A stretch of DNA of 64,000 nucleotides. It comes from an uncultured delta proteobacterium (lineage in GTDB: Bacteria; Desulfobacterota; Binatia; JACPRU01). Position 1 is the stretch's first letter. Each line of letters starts with the position of its first letter. Below, in pieces: positions 60,318 through 64,000 of this stretch. The position numbers and the translations under genes are program-made. The stretch spans positions 192,001 to 256,000 of the forward strand of contig CAVUWD010000019.1 of the NCBI GenBank assembly GCA_963745025.1, read 5' to 3'. The notes below the pieces were generated by a model that made no database searches, was not told where the DNA came from, and saw nothing but the letters and a program-made list of their open reading frames with translations.

Positions 60318-61837
60318 TTGACGCAGAGCGGCCCGCCGATTACTGCCGCGGCTGTGCCGCAGAGCGATCCGAGAAACCACTTGCTGTGGCCGCTTCTTGC
60401 GAAGAACCTGGTGCGCGGCAGGGCCGAAGAGACCGCGCTGGCGGCGGGCGAGCGCGCGATCTCGTACGGCGAGCTCGCCGCCGCAGTCCGGCGCGGCGGC
60501 GACGAGATCGACGCGCAGTTCGCAGCGGGTGCACGGGTACTGGTCGCCGCTCGCAATCAGCTTCACGTCGGCGTCGCACTGCTCGCGGCGCTCCAGTCGC
60601 GCGCGACTCCGTTGCTCGCGGACCCGACGTCGGTCGAACGGCTGCGTGGGATCGCTCGCGAGTGGCGACTTTCCGGAGCGATCGGCGAAAGTGAGGTCTT
60701 AGAAGCGACTGGCTTGCCGATCATCGGAACGTCGCGCATCGAATCCTGGCTCGGGGCGGCGCACGGCTCGCCACCAGACCTTCTCCCCCCTGCGGTCGCC
60801 GGCGGCGAGCCCAGTTTCTGGACGTTCACCTCGGGAACGATGGGAGAGCCCAAGGCCGTCGTCCATTCGCATCGCGGGCCGTCGGCCGCTTACGCGGCAT
60901 TCGCTAGCGGGGTCGTCCATCTCGGACCCGAGGATGTGACGATCGCGACTGCGGGGCTGCCGTTCGTCTATGCGCTCGGCAACAACTTCTTCTTCCCGCT
61001 GATGGCGGGCGGCACGGCGGTACTTCCATCGGACCTCCTGCTGCCCACGGTTCTCGGCGAGCTCGCGCGCCATGGTGCCAGCGTGCTCGTCGCCGGCCCG
61101 TGGTCGCTGTCGGGCATCGTGCGCCTGGTGCGGCGTGCGCGGTGGGTCGAGGCGATCCGCCGGTTGCGCTGCGTGCTGTCCGCCGGGGAACCGCTGCCGG
61201 AGCGCGTGTTTCTCGAATGGAGGAAGCGATTCGGCAAGGAAGTGCTCGACAACCTCGGCTGCACGGAGATGTTCAACTCGTTCGTGAGCAACACGATGGG
61301 ACGGGCACGGCCGGGATCGCTCGGGGAAGGGGTCCCCGGCTTCGAGATTCAAGTGGGCGGCGAGCCACCCCTGTCGGGCGCGAAGGGCGAGCTTCGCGTG
61401 CGCGGCGACAGCCGCGCGATCGCCGTCGGCCGCGCGGGGAAGCTGGATCCACCCGAGGGCGAGTGGTGCGATACCGGCGACGAGGTGGAAGTCCGCGACG
61501 ATGGAACGCTCGCGTTCCTGGGTCGTCGGGACGACCGTTTCAAGGTGAAGGGGCAATTCCTTCATCCCGTCGAGGTCGAGCGTTCGCTCGCCGAGGTGCC
61601 GGGCGTCGCGGAGTGCCTCGTCGTGGCCGAGCCCGACGCGGACGGCCTGGCCGTGGTCGTTGCCAAGGTCGTCGCCCACGAAGAAGTCACGGGAGGAAGA
61701 GCTGGTGTGCCGCCTGCTCCGGCATGCGCGTGCCCGGCTCCGAGCCGTTCGCGGTGCCGGAGCGCATCGACGTCGTCGAATCGTTGCCGAGGAGCGAGCG
61801 CGGCAAGCTCGTCCGCCGTGCGGCGGTCGACGGCTGA
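60318..61837 (+). CDS. Benzoate-CoA-ligase-like adenylate-forming enzyme, frameshift near 61690
   Basis: FTSGTMGEPKAVVH, YALGN, SAGEPLP, GCTEM, TGD, GRRDDRFKV, LPRSERGK. Confidence 0.85.
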
Positions 61838-62202
61838 GCCCGGGGCCTGCTCGTGATGCGAGGCATGGCCAGCGGGCAGCCGGCATTGTCTTTGCCGCCA
61901 CTCTTCTCTGGTCCGCGCTCGCTCGCGCGGCTGGAGCGTACTGGGGCGACGGAAGCGGGAACGGCGGGCTGGCCGGCCCTGAGCGCTCCCCCATCGTTTG
62001 TCTTGGACCGACAACCAGCTGTTCGGCTCGTTCCGCGGCGCCCGTCATGGACCCCATTCTACGGTGGCCCACGCCGCTCGACCTCGCTGATGACGCTGTG
62101 AACGGGCGCCGCGGGACGGAGGATTGCCGCGCTCCGAGAATGAGCATCGACCCCGCGCCCGGCTCTTTACTTGACGGGCCCGCACCGATATCTCCGGCGC
62201 CA

Positions 62203-62883
62203 ATGAAAATCTCCGTGGTCATCCCGGTCTTCAACGAGCGAGACACGATCGCCGAGATCCTGTCTCGAGTCCGCCGCGCCCTCGACGGAAAAGACTCGGA
62301 GCTCGTCGTCGTCGACGACGGCTCGACCGACGGGACGCGCGAAGCGCTCCGCTCGATTGCGGGAATCCGGCTGATCGAGCACGAGCAGAACCAGGGTAAA
62401 GGAGCGGCGTTGCGCACCGGTTTCGCCGCGGCCAACGGCGACGTCGTGATCGTCCAGGACGCCGACCTCGAATACGACCCGCGGGACTATCCGAAGCTCC
62501 TCGAGCCCATCGAAGACGGCCGCGCCGACGTCGTATTCGGCTCGCGCTTTCTCGGCGGCCCGCACCGGGTGCTCTTCTTCTGGCACTACTTGGCGAACAA
62601 GCTGCTCACCTGGCTGTCGAACGTGTTCACGAACCTGAACCTCTCCGACATGGAGACGGGGTACAAGGTCTTTCGCCGCCCGGTGCTCGAGCGTATCCAC
62701 ATCCGCTCCGACCGCTTCAATTTCGAGCCGGAGATCACGGCGAAGGTGGCCAAGACGCGTTGCCGCGTCTACGAGGTGCCGATCTCGTACAGCGGTCGCA
62801 CCTACGACGAGGGCAAGAAGATCGGCTGGCGCGATGGTCTCTCCGCGCTGTGGACGATCATCAAGTTCCGATTCGTGGATTGA
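62203..62883 (+). CDS. Glycosyltransferase family 2 (polyprenol-phosphate sugar synthase-like)
   Basis: IPVFNE, VDDGSTDGT, QDADLEYDP, DMETGYK, EGKKIGW. Confidence 0.93.
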   Translation: MKISVVIPVFNERDTIAEILSRVRRALDGKDSELVVVDDGSTDGTREALRSIAGIRLIEHEQNQGKGAALRTGFAAANGDVVIVQDADLEYDPRDYPKLLEPIEDGRADVVFGSRFLGGPHRVLFFWHYLANKLLTWLSNVFTNLNLSDMETGYKVFRRPVLERIHIRSDRFNFEPEITAKVAKTRCRVYEVPISYSGRTYDEGKKIGWRDGLSALWTIIKFRFVD

Positions 62884-63058
62884 GATAGGGCTCGAGCGCG
62901 GCTTGCCAAGGTCTCATGTCGTCGAGACCGAGATGCTCGAGGTGCCGGCGGGCGCCCACCCGAGCTGGCCGCGCGCGCCGGTGGTCATGATCGGCCCCAC
63001 GCGACGAGCCTTAGCGGAACGCCGGCAATCGATGCTACAGGAAGCGTCGTTTGAAGAT

Positions 63059-63309
63059 AATGCCTCAGTCTTTGCCTCCGGCGCTCGAGATCGCGAAGCG
63101 CTGGATTTTCCGGTCGGCCCGTACTCGGGTCGACCGGAAAATCCAGCGACCGCGCGCTAGCGCGGAAGGCAATCGACCAACTCGCGGGTTATTGCCTTCC
63201 GCGCTTCGCGCGGTTGCGGTTGGTTGTGATCGACCCGAGTACGGGCCGATCACAACCAACCGCGCTCTCAGGTTCCGAAGCGCTTGAGGCGAAGACCGAG
63301 GCGCTCCCT
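63059..63309. mobile_element. Structured multi-hairpin intergenic element, copy 2 (251 bp)
   Basis: Complementary ends, same hairpins as copy 1, flanked by perfect TTTGAAGAT repeats. Confidence 0.8.
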
Positions 63310-63310
63310 T

Positions 63311-64000
63311 TTGAAGATCCTCCACGTCGATCCCGAGACCTCCTTTGGCGGCGGGGAGCGCCAAGTCGCGGGATTGATCCGCCATCTTGCGAAGCGCGGT
63401 CACGAGAGCATTCTCGCCGCCCCCGCCGAGTCGCGGCTCGCCGCGATCGTTCCCGCTGCGGATGCGCGTCTGCGGCCGCTCGCGATTCGGAGCGACATCG
63501 ATCTGGTCGCGGCTCTCCGGCTGCGGCGGCTGGCTGCGGTCGAGAGCCCGCACATCGTTCATTTCCACACGTCTCGGGCGCACGCGATGAGCCCCTGGCT
63601 TCGGCGGTATGCCGGGCGAGCGATCGTGACTCGGCGCATGGATTATCCGCTCCACCCGGGGCCCTGGACGAACCTTCTCTACAACCGGTCGGTCGCGGCC
63701 GTGGTTGCGATCTCCGAAGAGGTGCGCCGCCGCCTGCTCGCTGCCGGAGTGCGCTCGGAGCGCGTTCGCGTCATCCACAGCGCGGTCGAGCCACCGGCAG
63801 GTTTGCCCGGCCGCGCGGGCCGTGCGGCCGCCCGCAAGCGCTTCGGCATCGACGACGAGCTGGCGATCGGCGTCGTCGCGGCGCTCGAACGACGCAAGGG
63901 ACACGACGTGCTCTTCCGTGCCCTCGCGCGCCTCGCGCCAGCGGGCGGGCTGCGGTTTTGCTGCGTGGTCTGCGGTGCTGGCTCGGAGCGGGCGGCCCTG
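63311..64000 (+). CDS. Glycosyltransferase family 4, runs off the window
   Basis: TTG start; MKILHVD...GGGERQ, HIVHFH, VAIS, ALERRKGH. Confidence 0.9.
   Translation, partial: MKILHVDPETSFGGGERQVAGLIRHLAKRGHESILAAPAESRLAAIVPAADARLRPLAIRSDIDLVAALRLRRLAAVESPHIVHFHTSRAHAMSPWLRRYAGRAIVTRRMDYPLHPGPWTNLLYNRSVAAVVAISEEVRRRLLAAGVRSERVRVIHSAVEPPAGLPGRAGRAAARKRFGIDDELAIGVVAALERRKGHDVLFRALARLAPAGGLRFCCVVCGAGSERAAL

Overview
High-GC bacterial chromosome segment. Gene order and protein style suggest a deltaproteobacterial-grade organism such as Ca. Binatia; this is inference. Several conserved genes (rpsA, AAA ATPase/VWA pair, trpB, rfbA, gmd) are broken by single-base indels that look like long-read assembly errors. 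From left to right: aroA-cmk-rpsA-sppA-ihfB, an AAA+/VWA pair, two Hsp20 genes and a FadE24/FadE23-like acyl-CoA dehydrogenase pair. Next is a + strand run of Rieske ferredoxin, YgfZ, amidohydrolase, two crotonases and an acyl-CoA ligase, bracketed by two desulforedoxin-type mini-proteins and ending in an AhpD/CMD gene with an in-frame UGA (CxxU) and a SECIS-like hairpin. Then come XPB plus a helicase-associated WYL protein, and an about 29 kb co-oriented run of argS-SPOR-trpEGDCFBA-accD-folC-lptD and an ABC-transporter-dependent surface polysaccharide locus. The most unusual signals are (1) structured intergenic elements of two families, several sitting at the start codon of the downstream gene with the first 5-9 nt of that gene duplicated, and (2) the desulforedoxin-bracketed CoA-ligase operon with a candidate selenoprotein.
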